Assembly (NCBI GenBank): GCA_030141605.1
Contig: JAQGDQ010000065.1
Span: 124,001 to 188,000 of the forward strand
Direction: 5' to 3'
Length of the DNA: 64,000 nucleotides
DNA from: Tubiluchus corallicola
Taxonomy: Eukaryota; Animalia; Priapulida
Shown here piece after piece: positions 36,401 through 49,524 of this stretch (position 1 is its first letter; every line of letters starts with the position of its first letter). A program made the translations under genes and the position numbers. The notes under the pieces are model-generated. The model had not been told where the DNA came from. It did not search any database and saw only the letters and a list, made by a program, of their open reading frames with translations.

Positions 36401-39117
36401 GATATTGAAGATAATAAGTTATCTGTGAGTATTTTCTGTGATCTATCAAAAGCTTTTGACACTGTTGATCATAAAATTTTAATCAACAAATTATACCACT
36501 ATGGAATAAGAGGTGTTGCGAATAATTGGTTTGTAAGTTACCTATCTGGCAGGTTACAAGCAGTAAAGTATAATAACTATATATCTAACTCAAAATTAAT
36601 ATCTTGTGGTGTTCCACAAGGGTCGATACTTGGCCCACTCTTGTTTCTTGTGTACATTAATGATATAAAAATTGCATTAATAATGGGAAAATCCTGCAGT
36701 TTGCTGATGACATCAGTTTAATATTTAAATATTATAATACTGTTAATGAATCTGAAATAAACAATGAATTGCAGCAAATATCAAACTGGTTTAGGAGTAA
36801 TAAATTATCAATAATGCTTCCAAAACTAAATTTGTAGTTTTTAGATCAAGAAACAAGAGAATACCAAATTTGACGTTACAAATTGAAAATAGTTATATTC
36901 AACAAGTAAAACAGATTAAATTCTTAGGTATTGTCATACATGAACACTTAGACTGGCAATCACATGCATCAGACTTAAAATTGCTAAAAATATGGGCATC
37001 ATTACTCACATGAAACACAGTCTTTCGAAAGAACACTTACTACCCTTGTATAATAGTCTGGTTTTACCTTATTTCAATTACTGCAGCATTAATTGGGGCC
37101 CCACATATCCATCTAAACTGAAATGCTTAAAAACATTGCAACGAAAATTTTTAAGGTTAATGTATGGCCTAATGAAACGTAGTGAAGTACCTTTACTTCT
37201 TTACCGTGAATGTAGAATTATGCAATTAGATGATTTAATTAAATTGAATATTGCAGTATTCATGTATAAATGCAATAATAGACTATTTCCTAAGTTTTTT
37301 GCAATTCCTGTCAAATTGACATCTAAGAGACATAATACAAGATTTAGTCAATACATTGTGCCTTTCTGTAGAACCAACATAGCCAAACATTTTATAATAG
37401 ATCAAGGACCAAAAGTCTGGAATGAGATTTGTTAATCCGCAAAAAATAGCAGATCTATTACTAGAATTAAAAAAATGCTAAAAAATCAAATTTTAAGTAA
37501 GTATCAGTGAGTAATCAAAATTTCTATCAGTATCCATCCTCACAGTAGTTGCAAAACAGTGGTGTTAGCTTAATCAAGTTATTTTAATTTTACATACTAT
37601 TAAAAAAATAGTCTTTCTATCTTTTATATCATTCCATATATGAGCTTCATTCATTACATCATTCCATTTTAAGCACTAATGTTTTTTATCACGATTCACT
37701 TTAAATTTTCAGATTATCTCCATTACTTTTTTTTCTATCACTATGTGGGACAATCTAACAAGCCCTGCTTTTTGATTGCCCGCAACACATTTACCTTCGT
37801 GTATAAGTGAACAGTGTTTGAGGCTTTTCCTGTGCAGTATTTGTTATTTGTATTATATCCATTGTAGGCCCTTTCATTAGATATTGTATATGTAACCATT
37901 GTAAATGTGTAAGGTGAAATAAATGACTACTTATGACTTATGACTTATGAGTCCATTATAGAAATTCCTCTATAATTATCACAAGGCACTCGACTAGCTT
38001 TCTTGAAAATAGTCACAAGTCTGTTTAAGCACCATGGACGTGGGAAAGTTCGAGACACAAATATAAAATTGAACAGCAAGCACAGGTAGGATAACCAACA
38101 TTCTGGTAAAAACTTTAAAATACCGCCAGGAATACCAGATGGACCTCCACTACTTTTATTATCGCATGACGTTACAGCAGCTTCTCTCTCATCAAAGAAT
38201 ATCAAATTATCGGTAACTGGAATTGAAGGACCCACGCACTGTGACAACAGATCCAGTGAATCGATTCTATCCGGGTTCAGCAAGTCCTCAAAATGGGTCT
38301 TAAAATCTTTATCAGACGGAGCTTCAATATTCTTTTCAGAAGTAAGGTCACCACTCCAGTCGATGGCTTTCCAAATTCCTTGGGAGTCATTGTTTTCGAG
38401 CAGGTTATTCCATCTATCTCGTATAGCCTGGTGGTCTAGGGTATCATTCGGTTCGGTACGACAATTCTTTAGAGTGTTCTTAATGAGAGAATTTAAATTC
38501 TCTATGCTAGATTTCATATCATCAATACCAGTAGGAAGATCGATATTTCTCAACTATTACCGGTCCGGATTTGCTTATGTAGTACAGGAGGCTTGATGTT
38601 GATTTCCTCAGCTGCATGCTTTCCAAGGTCTTCCGATCGTTTGATCAAATCCATACCTAAGGCGCTGGGTGCTAACTTTGACAACTCAAACTTGATTGAA
38701 ATCGGTGCATGATTCGAAGCATATTAAGACGGTGATCACTAGACACAATGAAATAAAGCTCTTAACGAGCTTGGCAGTGACGAAGCACGTATCCAATTCT
38801 GAAACCCAAGTTTGTTTCTTTCTATATGTGAGGCCAATTTTAAAGGCTTTCGTACTAATCTAGTCTTTAAATTGTGCACAAGCACGAGGGGGTTAAACGA
38901 GTTTACAGCGATCTTAGCGTTTTCATTTGCAGAAGCTATATTATCCTCAATTTGGAGATAGCTATACATATCATCACAAGGTAAGTTCACGAGAAAAATG
39001 TTCGATGTAGGACCAAATCTACAGTTTAAGTACAACATCATCCTTCGGGTTCAGTTTTAAAAGTTCATTGATGTAAGCCAAATTTGTAAGGTTATAATAC
39101 GGAGAATCAGCAGGTGT
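33456..39117 (-). mobile_element. Non-LTR retrotransposon A (APE-RT; clade uncertain, RTE/RTEX-like), split by a later LINE insertion
   Basis: 39117-37948: APE end (NHAPIS-like) through NYRGISIMDS. 33979-33456: VAKVYDRIL..GAQKGRS..FSKAYDRVPR..QGSPSSCFLF..LFIDDTV. Confidence 0.85.
33980..37950 (+). mobile_element. CR1/L2-group (Crack/Daphne-like) LINE with PHD-APE-RT ORF, frameshifted
   Basis: ATG 34272: PHD finger (CSSC..CNCC..H..C..WFCHFC), APE (LTETW, GGGVA, IYRPP, GDFN, TLIDNI, SDH), RT (NYRPISLLP, QYGFR, DLSKAFD, GVPQGSILGP, FADDT after a frameshift). 3' hairpin ~37744-37784, AATAAA, (TTATGAC)n tail. Confidence 0.93.
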
Positions 39118-39269
39118 CTGATTGTCAGGTAATATACAATAACATGTATATCACTGGTTGACACTCAAGATAATGAGCTATTGTAGAGAAGTGAAAACAT
39201 TATAATGTTGGCAACGCCATGATTTGTAATAAACTGTCGGTTCTGCTATTTTATACCTGTAAAACAATA

Positions 39270-41985
39270 AAGAAACAGATTTTGCAAGAACAATAGAAGT
39301 TATTTATGAATACAGTCAATAGGGATATAGAATCAGAATAAACAAAACAGTGGAGAATATAAAAAAAACAAGGAGGAGTAAATTCTCAGGCATTCTGGGA
39401 ACTGAAAACGAAACTATCATATATGAAAAAAGAAAATTGAGATGGGAGAGTTATGAAAGATGAAATGGCAAATTGAAAGAAATGCCAGCAAAAATAAAAG
39501 AAAGATTTCCAAAATATTATGGAAATTACTGTTGCCCAGAGAAGCAGCTACTGCAAAACAAAAGAAAATAAATGAAATGGTTAATTAAAACAGATAGAAT
39601 TACTAGCACTGACAAGTGAAACTGAAGAAATAAGTAAAAAAGAAAGTGTAAACTAAAAACAAAGAATCTGAAGATAAGCAAGGATTAAAGAACGAAATGT
39701 TTAAAAATGCTGTGGAAAACCTCCTATAAAACATAGTGTACATGTTTAAAGCAATAAATAGATTTAGAATAATCCCACATGAAGGGAAGCAAATCACAAT
39801 TAAATCATTATATAATGGCAAAGGCTCAAAGAATGAAATTAAAGCTAGACGTGGGCTTTTCTTAACAAGAACAGTAAACAAGTTATTTGAAAAAGTACTG
39901 GTAACTAAACATACAGACATCAATGAGCAAACTACGATGGATGTGGAGGAGTAGAAAAAAGGTCCACTATATGCTGATCATTTGTTTACACACTAGCGCT
40001 TATAGATTATAACAAATTCTTACATAACAATTTGATACTAATGTTTGGTGACGTGGAGAAATGCTTTGATAAAATGTGGTTAAAAGATTGTATTGTTGAA
40101 CTATGGAAAATAGGTGTATATGTGGATGAAGTGGAACTAGTATATAATATGAATAAAGACGACGCATATGCATTGATTGACACACCGCTGGGTTTAACAG
40201 AAGAATATCAATAGGTGAGTCAATAAGACAAAAAAGTACGGTTTATGGCCCTCTACTATGCAGCACAGTCATGGATAAAATTAATAATATAGGAAATAAG
40301 GTTGTGACCATGTATGGTCCTAATTGACGTCAAACAATATGTCATTCTCAGTCAAGCTCTACTGACTGTCCAATCAGTGTGCCTATTTTTCACACGCCCA
40401 CAGAACCGGTTCATTACCTCGTCTTTCGGGACAAGAGCTCTAACTATGTATTGTCGGTATATGTTATATTCTTAGGAAAAATTCTCAACTTTTCACAAAT
40501 TTGCGGGAGAGAAATCAGCCTGGTTTTAGACCTTATTACAGGTTGTCGATTATCTGTATTGCCGATTAAAATTGCAGATGAATTACTGAAATACGCAGTT
40601 AAGTTTAATGTACGACCTTGCAAGCTAGATAAAGACAAGTATTAACTTTAAAAAATACAAATTAACTTAACGAGTTTAATTAGGCCGATCATATGACACA
40701 GCTTTAATGATCGCAAATGTAAAATAGCCTACTTGAACAGAGGTGACAATGAAATTTATAATTTATAACTTTGTATTGAAGCCCGAATTGGCAGGTATGA
40801 ATGATTCAAGGTTAATGATGCAAAAATTACAGCATGAGCACTTCTAGGTACGTTTGCGCAGATGGTAGGAATGGCCTGTTAGCAATAGTTGAAGCTCAGC
40901 GGCAGAGTTGAACTCATCTACAGGAATACGTGACAACTGCCAGTGTTATGCGGTAAGCGAGCATACTCATAGGAATTCACATTCAGGCAAAATGTTTTCT
41001 TTTCTGGTCAATTTTTATAAACCTCTATAAGATCTTTCACGGTCCAAATTAATTCAAATGTGGTCAAAATTTATGCTATATCAACACAAAATTTGTATCC
41101 TGAAATAGACAATTTTATGCTGTTTTCCTCGCTATAATCATAATTAAAAGTGTCATTGGGACTTATGACTTACGTAACTTGGGCAAGATCGTTTACGGAA
41201 TAAAATTATCAAATGTATTCCATTTCTGTAATCTAACAAACAGTCTAACGACCACATGAATAGTTAAAATTAGTCGCAAAAGAGACTCGTAAATATATTT
41301 CGTTGCCCATTTATTTTAAAGCAATGCTAACTGGCTTAGTTTCTTTATTATACTTATGTCTCTACATTTTGTAGTGCTTTGAAACTTCGTCTCTACATGC
41401 TGTTTAAATTGAAAAGTCATTCTTGGCTACTTGAAGTGTTAATTTCATGTAAAAATAGCTGCAGCTCTGCAAAGTTTTGGCATACAAAAAATCGCAATAC
41501 GTGGCACTAAAGATCAACAAAAAACACAGAATAATCAATTTAAAGAAAGTGTCAGAAATGGAAAACTAACAGAAACGAATATATACAAATACCTGGAACA
41601 CTGGACGAATTCTAAAATAAACTATTTAGACATGTTAGAGCACAGGAAGAAATAAAACAAAGTAAATGGTGGCTGAAGTTATGCATTTTGTTGCAGAAAA
41701 TGTAGGGCAGTTAGCAATCATGACTAGACTAAAATAATATGAAATTGTTATAGTACCGAACGTAATTTGTAACACTGAAACATGGACTAATATGACATGG
41801 AAGTACAAGAATTGGAGAAAATACAAGCATGCGCACTAAAGAAAATATTAAGTCAAAGCCAGAGTACACCCTACTTGGGTTTATTAATAGAAACACGGAC
41901 GAATATTGTACAAAAAAAACTGATGTGGTACTTTAATTTGCTGCACACCGATGATAACTGTCTAGCAAAATGACTACTGAAGGAG
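39270..41985 (+). mobile_element. Degenerate non-LTR retrotransposon C, interrupted by an unidentified ~1.1-kb insert (~40322-41450)
   Basis: RGLFLTRTVNKLFEKVL, FGDVEKCFDKMWLKDC, TVYGPLLCSTVMDKIN, then YKYL and ETWTNMT-type C-terminal motifs; many stops. Confidence 0.7.
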
Positions 41986-43465
41986 GCCCTGAGTAAGCAC
42001 CAGCAGGAAAAGATAAATGCCAGATACCGTCTTCCTCATAGTCATTGTGACTTTGACGCAGATGATGCTAAGACAATGGTTGCATCTGCTCGTATGCTTG
42101 CTGAAATGAGGAGGCAATTCCATAAACATGGTTTAATGTGCTATATAATTTTATGTAATGACTTCGTAAAGGCTGGACCATTAAAATGTAGAGGTTGGAT
42201 GGTGAAAATAAATGATATTTTGCCGTCGTTTTACGTGACATGACTTTTTTCTCGTTTGCAAGGAATTTTTTAGCTGTATTATTATTGTAACTCTACTTTG
42301 AAAGAGATTCAATGCATTTGGTAAGAGTCTGAGAAGAAATGAATCATGGTGTCACCTGAAGGACAACAGGTAAAATTACCCTTTTTTAAGTTTTGACAGA
42401 AATTTCCTTTGAAAATACGCAGGGAAGTATAATATTACATCCACAAATAGTTTTTCTTCGTGTTTTATTCGCTGCATAGTTAAAAAAACAGGATATACCC
42501 AAATACTATAATAAGTTTTGCAAGTTCCGTTTTGAAAATAAATAAATTTTTTTGTAGATAATGCCAGATTGCCCTCTGGCGAGGGATTAGGCAAGATTAT
42601 TAGCTTCTTTATAAGGTAATATAGGTCAATAGACTTTAAAAGAAACATGCCATCACTGCCATTGGTAAACTGCTTTTGGATTTAGAAGCTGGTGCTATTC
42701 GTGTAAAAGGAACATTAAAAGGTAACTTTGTTTGGAACATGATCTTACTCATTGCCTTAGCTGGCCTAATGCTGCATATAATCAGTTGACATCACTATTT
42801 GTGCATTTTCGCCATATTAAACAGTAATGAAATTACATAGGCATTGTAAAATCTAATATTTTTTTCCATTGCTAATAACATATCCAGTATGTAAACTTCG
42901 CATACAATATATATTCTTGACATGTTTTAGATTCAAATTTATCAAAAAGTGCCAGAATGTCATAGAGCTGATTGAAACGTTAAAATCGTATAAGAACCTC
43001 ATCTATGTTAAGAGCAATAATGACATTAAAAAAGCTAAGGAAACGGTACTGATTATTTTCACAACACCAGTGTGAAGCTCGAAAGCTTACGCTCCTCCTC
43101 ATTGCGAGGTTGGCTAGTATTAATCATTCGTCAACGCATTATTGCTATTGCTGTTTTGGATTTAACGTGTGTATTATCATTAATTTTGAAATACAAATCT
43201 GTCAAATGAAAAATCTAAGTCTAATAAAGCGGTTAACTTGAATTTAGCTACGAAAACTCATGCCAAATCAACGGACTGAAATCCATAGCTAGTTTCCTCA
43301 TGAACAGCCACAAAGCGACGCCAACGGTTGTGTTTGGGTTAAAAGTTTAAAATATAATTTGAGTTGATTTCATTTGCTTCGAAGATTTTTCTCTCTTGGC
43401 TTTATAAATTAAATATATTATTTTTTTATTTACTCTTGCTAGCTACTTTTATTAGATTTCTAGCA

Positions 43466-46400
43466 ATGGTTAGGCCAAGTAAGTAACAACTCTTCTGAAC
43501 GTAATTCAAACTGGTGGCCTTCAGAGTTAGTGCACCAGATATTACTTAGTTACTGTAATGTATAAGTTGGATATCATAATTATCGTGAATCGCGCTTCGC
43601 CATTCCTCAAAATAGGACATTGTGCATAGCTGAAACGACTTCAGTAATTAATGTATTAAAGTGTTTATCACAAATACTCAACAGTGTTTAATGCTGTACA
43701 CACTCAAACTAAGCATAAACAGCTTATGGACCTCTCCACTCTTCCTTATTTACTTTATTAAAAATAAAAATGAAGAAAATAGGTGGCCACTCTGCGATCA
43801 TGAAGTGTGGCACAAGATTTCCTGTTGCCATTGTGGTCTGGGATCTAAATATTTGCAACCTTTAACAAACTCTTTAACAAATATTTGCAATATTTGTTAA
43901 AGAAGAAGAGACTTTGCACCCTATAAAGGTGCCCGCCTCGGATAGGTGGAGAGAGTCGAGTATCGCAATCGCAATCGCAACCTGGGATCTATATATTTTC
44001 CTAGATTGTATTTCCAGTGTCTATCGAGACGAATCTTAAACTGGGTAGGATTGGAGGCTTGAACTGCAGTGTCAGGCAGCATGTTCCATTCATTAATTAT
44101 TTGCCTTGGAAATATGAACTTCCTTGTACTCCACCTTTAGGGAACTGTTCTCTTGGTTTTGTAGGAGTAACCTCTGGTACCATGATATTTCTCTCGATGG
44201 AAAAATATTTCACTGTTGATGGTTTATGCACCTTTAAGTATACGAAATGCTTGAATTAAATCTCGTTTTTTAGCGACTATACTTCAGAGTTTTGACAGAT
44301 GGCAGAAATCATGTGTAAGTTTACGTAACTATGTAAGTTTACGTTACTATAATTTAAATGAATGTATAAACTTAACACTAGGAAACTTTATTCTTTTTTT
44401 GTGCATTTTGCTTTTCTACTTTTTTTTCTAATTTTCTTCACTGCTTTTTGCTGGTTTTGGTTTACTTTGGCCTTCGCCTTCGCTGGTTGCTGGCGTGAAA
44501 AATCTGTCCAATGATGTTTGCTTTTGCCGACTTTTTAGAATATTTCTGAAATGGCTCAAGCAAATGTCATTAAATTGAGCGAAAACAGGACTTGTGTGAA
44601 CCTTTTTGGGTTGTTTCTTGAGTCTGCCACTTTGTGATAGGATGACAACATTCTTTAATTTCGGCTGTTGACGTGATCGCCTCCTCCTCTAACTCCTCCT
44701 TGCTGCTGGACTGCTCCTGAACCACAGTGTGTTGCACCTTCAACTCATCTTGGTGTTCCTCGACGTGTTCGTCGATGTCGTCCTTGTTGAGATCGAGTCC
44801 CATGGCCTTCCCGAGCGAGACCATTTCCTCCACTTCAGTTTGAAGTTGAGGATCGGCTTCGAAATCTCAAGGGACGATAGTGTCAGGCCTCGGCTTCCTC
44901 CAGGCTGCGTTGAGGGTGCATTTTGTGACTTCTTGCCAACCCAAGACTACGAGTTTCACGCATATCATGATGACGAAGCGTTGTTTCCAAAATTCACGGA
45001 GGGTGAGCTGAGTGTTTTCCGTGATGTCGAAACATCTTTTGAAGAGATACAAATTCTGAAAGAAAAAGCTGATAACTGGAAAGAAAACTACATTTATTTT
45101 ATGCATTTACTTATTTTCTTTCTGAACACTGAATTTTTACTTGTTTGATGGCAACGGGCGATTCTGAAAATCACTAGGAGCTAATCATTTTGTGAGTGTG
45201 ATTTGATAAGTGGGGGACGCAGTAAAAGGTGCTACTAAATTCATCACGCCTTCAACAGGGCACTCTTTCTGTAACCAACTTTTCCAGAAATCAATTTTAA
45301 TAGCAATGGTAATGTTAAAAACATAGCAATCCATTTACTATTATTATAAGCAAAAGCCAAATTAAATAAAGTAATAACAGTATTTTTGTGACACTGACTC
45401 CTGAGAAATGGATGTTAATGTTTGGAAAAATTTTTCTAGAATTTTTGGATTCCGATACATTTTTGAACTATTGACCACATGTTTTTTCTAGAGAAAACAG
45501 CGGACCCTCTTACAAGGAAAGTGAAATCAGACACTACAGGTAAATCTTTATCGGCTGTGTCTACTCGGAAGGAAATGTCCACTATAAGTGCAGTCAAGTG
45601 TCTACTTTCTAATCCTGCCAAGAGTGAACATTTGCAAGATGAGCAGCAAAATGCTGATAATGAACCAATTCCTGTACTTCACCATAGTCCCCGCATGTTG
45701 TGCAATAATGATTTGCCTAACCATAAAAACGACGACAATTGCAGTGCTCTGATGAGCAAACAAAATGGTTACAGCTACCATGTGAGTGACGTCTCACCAA
45801 TTCTAGACCTCGATGACATGCAGTCATGTTGTGGTCAAGCAGTAGGCAAGGTTGACAAGACACTAGAAGTTGCAAATCATGTCAGTTCCAATGGCGAGGA
45901 ACATGGTATGTTATTTTTGATTAGACATTTTAATTCTAGAAATAAATTTTGAGGTTTAACTGTGTGACTTATTGAAATAATGTAACTGCTTCCTGTTGTT
46001 TCTTGTACAGCTAGTTATGTAGCTTTCATTTGTTTCTTTTTGCTTATTTTCTTTTCTTTTTTGAGTGTGAAAATAGTGGTATTGGGGTAGCACCAGAAAA
46101 AATATCTGTAGTATTTTGTACTTATAGTGCATTTTGTAGAATAAAAAATATCCAGAATATAGGTACAGTCAAACCTCGTTATAATTATAACGAACCTATT
46201 TAGAATGCCAACCTCGCTTAACGCCCAAATTTTTGGCGAAACAAAATATCTGAATTTGAATAACATGTATGCAAATTAATGTGCCTTGTATAATGCCAAA
46301 CTAGTTTAAGGCCACCTTTTTCGCAGCAACAAAATAGGCGGTATGAAGACATTTGACTTCCAGTACCTACAAGGTGCAGTATAAAAAACATTTCAGTAGA

Positions 46401-49400
46401 AATGGTCAGAAATTGCTGACTTATATCATAGAATCCGTGTTTTTTTTATTAATATCTCTTTTTAAGAGATATATTGTGATTTGTAGTATGACGTATTGTC
46501 CAAAATCATCAAATTTGGTTGCATGCACTAGCTTGGTTTGGATTACGTTACACTCATAAATTACATATTTTTAAGTTGTACCTATTTGTTTAGATCTTAG
46601 CACAATATTACTGACACCTGAGTCGACACCTAAAAAGCAGCTACAGAGGCGTAGAGCTGATGTACCGACTGACCAGTGCTACAGAATGCAGAATATTGAA
46701 AAGCAGGTGAAGAAAATACTGAATGATATTTCACTTATCATGTGTCATTGTTTTATTAATAGTCTTACAAGTATTTTATATAAAATCCTTATCTGGAACA
46801 GAACTGTTGTTCTTGACTGTGTCGACTGTTTAGCATTTAGGATCTAATTATTTATTTTAAAATTAACTGTTAGTTCGCAATTTCAAAAGTCTGTAAATTA
46901 GTGAGGAGTAATTGTCGTAGAGATGTATAACTAGCAGCGATATACAGCTTTAAAGTTTAAACATTTTTTTAGCCATTAGGTTCCCAGAAGTCTAAAACGA
47001 CAAAAAAGCATGCAAAGAAAGGGAAGAAAGGCACTGAAAAGCAAGTGGAGCAACGACAGCCCCAGGGTCTACTACAGTCAAGGTACAAGTTTGTTTAATA
47101 CAGTGTTTGTTGTTATTTGTGGGCATTGTTAATTCACTGAGTGAGTTTTTCAGTGCTATTTCAGGGCATCATGAAAGCGCATTTCAAAAATGAAACAGTA
47201 GTCATTGCTTAATAAAACCACGGATAATACGAGCCGCATTTTAGAACCATTTAGAAAAATGTTACAGAACGGATGTTAAAAATAAAGAATATAGTTAACA
47301 TTAGTGAACATCTTGCGTGTATGTGTGTGGCATATATTAATTAAGGTGACGCGTTTATGTACTGAACTTCGCCAAATATACATGATTGCAATAGGCTGCT
47401 GCATAATAAAACCACTGTTTATTAATGCCACTTATGGATGGACCTGTCGCGGTTTTATTAAGCAGCGACTACTGTATATCATCAAAGCCTATTGTAGACA
47501 TTTACAGAAAGATGACCATTAAAGAAATCTGTCCTCAAGACCAGTGAACTCAACAGATAGGAAACACTATCAGTCTGTAGTGTAAATGGCTTGTCACTGT
47601 GGTCTCGTCGATGTATCAAATTACTGTAATCCATTTTTGCTTTACGCGACTTTTTTTACGATTTATGCAACTTCACAATGTTTTTTGCTCTTCCTATCTC
47701 TGCAATGGGATTCTAATTAAAGCAAAAGCCAGAAAGTTCATGCAAAAATGTGTATTTGATCAAATGCTATTGCAAGATTGCGATAAAATTTTGACTTTGT
47801 TCGGATTGGAAATCCGAAATTCTAGTTGAAATGGTGCTTGTATTATGACGCCAACTACTCCTGCTAGGTATATTAGCGATTGTGCAAGTCTTTAACTGCA
47901 CAGCATTTTTTCTTATTGTGGTGAAAAATAGCACTTGTTCACCAAGTTGTGCAAAATAGGTTCTTTCTCAATTTGATTGGGTAAAATTTCTCAATTGTTT
48001 AGACTGAGCACTAAGTAAATAATGATGCTGAAGTTCATGATTATGGTTTTGTGCGTTTTCAGGTCTGAAGGCGAAAAAACTCAGAACAATGTAAAGCAGC
48101 TCATGACTGATTATTTTCCTATTCGCAAAAGCAAACGCAAAACAAAAGCGGACTTGAAACAAGAGACACAGAAATCTATTGAAGATGCAATTCTCAACGA
48201 GAAACAAGACGGATTAAAGGTCAGCCACAACATCCTTATATGCGGAACTGTGTTATGTTTATTTGGTTGCTGAGAGGGCCCAAAGTTATCTAACATTGTC
48301 ATATAAAAATTTTATTACTTGTATGATTTTCATAATTACTGATAAAATTTGCCCAGTTTGTGATAAAAAACATCTTTGTATAATTCTGTATGTTTGCACA
48401 TTTCTAGAATGTTGTAATTAATTAAGGTTTTTGGTAGATTGGCAATACTCTAGTCAAGAGAAATACTTAATTAGCAGTAATCATGACAATTTAAGCTTTA
48501 TTTTTGGTCTACATCAGATATTTCTTCAATTAGTTGTCATTTAGAAATATTTAAAACTATCATGAATCACAAAATAAACAATAACCCCTCACATCCACTT
48601 GCAGTTGGATATAAAGTAATGTCATTAGTCAATTCATTAGTTGTCTGATAATTTTTCTTATCTGGAGTATGATTTTGCATTTAAACTTACAGGTTGTGGA
48701 GCTTCCTGGGAAGGGACGTGGAGTAGTGACGGAGAGATTCTTTTCACGAGGAGAGTTTGTGGTGGAATACAAGGGAGAATTGATTGATACATGTATAGCT
48801 AAACAGCGAGAAGAATTATATTCTCAGCAACCGGAAAAATACGGGTGTTATATGTACTACTTCAGTTACAACAACAAGACATATTGGTAAGAGCTTTTTG
48901 ATACTTAATTTGGCATAATTTTGTGAATTACCACTCGGAATCTCTCCCGGAATCATAAAAGAAATCTAGCAATTTGTCTGTCCCGAAATGTAAAGGAAAT
49001 CAAGCAATTTTTTTTAAATATAATTAGCTTTCCCAGAATGATAAACAAAATCAAGCACCTTGTCTCATCCAGAATCATAAAAGAAATCAACCACCATTGT
49101 CGACTATTACATTTCATTAATGATTTTTAAACATTCTACTTTTGTTTTGCAAGGCATTGATATGCTTTTTACCTACCTATGGAGAAAACATAGCTGACAT
49201 TGACTTTCAACTCATGTATGTTAGTGTAACTTTCTCTTCAGCTGGCATTTGAGTGTGAATTCAGCTGTGGTATTTTTTTACTTTGTGTGATGATTTTATG
49301 ATTTCTTTAGTGTTGATGCAACTGCTGAGTCTGGGCATTTAGGACGTCTAGTGAACCATTCACGCAAGTCTAACAACTTAAGTACGAAGTCTGTTGGCGT

Positions 49401-49524
49401 GGCAGGTGTACCTCATCTCATACTCATTGCCAGTAGAGATATCAACTTGGGGGAGGAGCTGCTGTATGATTACGGGGACAGAAGTAAGGAATCCCTGCTA
49501 GCACACCCCTGGCTATCCTCCTAA
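43466..49524 (+). CDS. KMT5A: Histone H4K20 monomethyltransferase KMT5A/SETD8/PR-Set7, about 404 aa
   Basis: In-phase exons 43466-43478, 45492-45905, 46594-46706, 46973-47082, 48063-48219 (PIP degron QLMTDYFPIRKSKRK), 48693-48886 (GKGRGV..FVVEYKGELI..GCYMYYF), 49311-49524 (CVDAT..GRLVNHS..ELLYDYGDRS..HPWL). 1215 nt total. N-terminal exons are less certain. Confidence 0.93.
44400..45060 (-). mobile_element. Tigger/pogo transposase C-terminal fragment in SETD8 intron
   Basis: TLREFWK..GWQEVTKCTLNAAWRK, EEMVSLGKAMGLDLNKDDIDEHVEEH, KSRQKQTSLDRFF (Tigger1/TIGD1-like), with stops. Confidence 0.85.
46166..46358. mobile_element. Short Tc1/mariner-type MITE, degenerate
   Basis: TA|CAGTCAAACCTCGTTATAA left end; decayed right end ..ATTTGACT. 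Confidence 0.55.
48946..49092. repeat. Imperfect ~35-bp minisatellite, about 4 units
   Basis: Recurring CC(G/A)GAATCATAAAAGAAATC(T/A)AGCA-like unit in the last SETD8 intron. Confidence 0.7.

Noticed and set aside
39123-39266. TGTCAGG-starting segment with AATAAA, considered as the partner LTR of 31891-32111
   Set aside because: Only the first 7 nt match, the internal sequence differs and I found no TSD. At most an unrelated solo LTR.
48946-49092. Spaced ~35-bp repeats considered as CRISPR-like
   Set aside because: Degenerate tandem units without regular unique spacers, inside a eukaryotic intron, with no cas genes.
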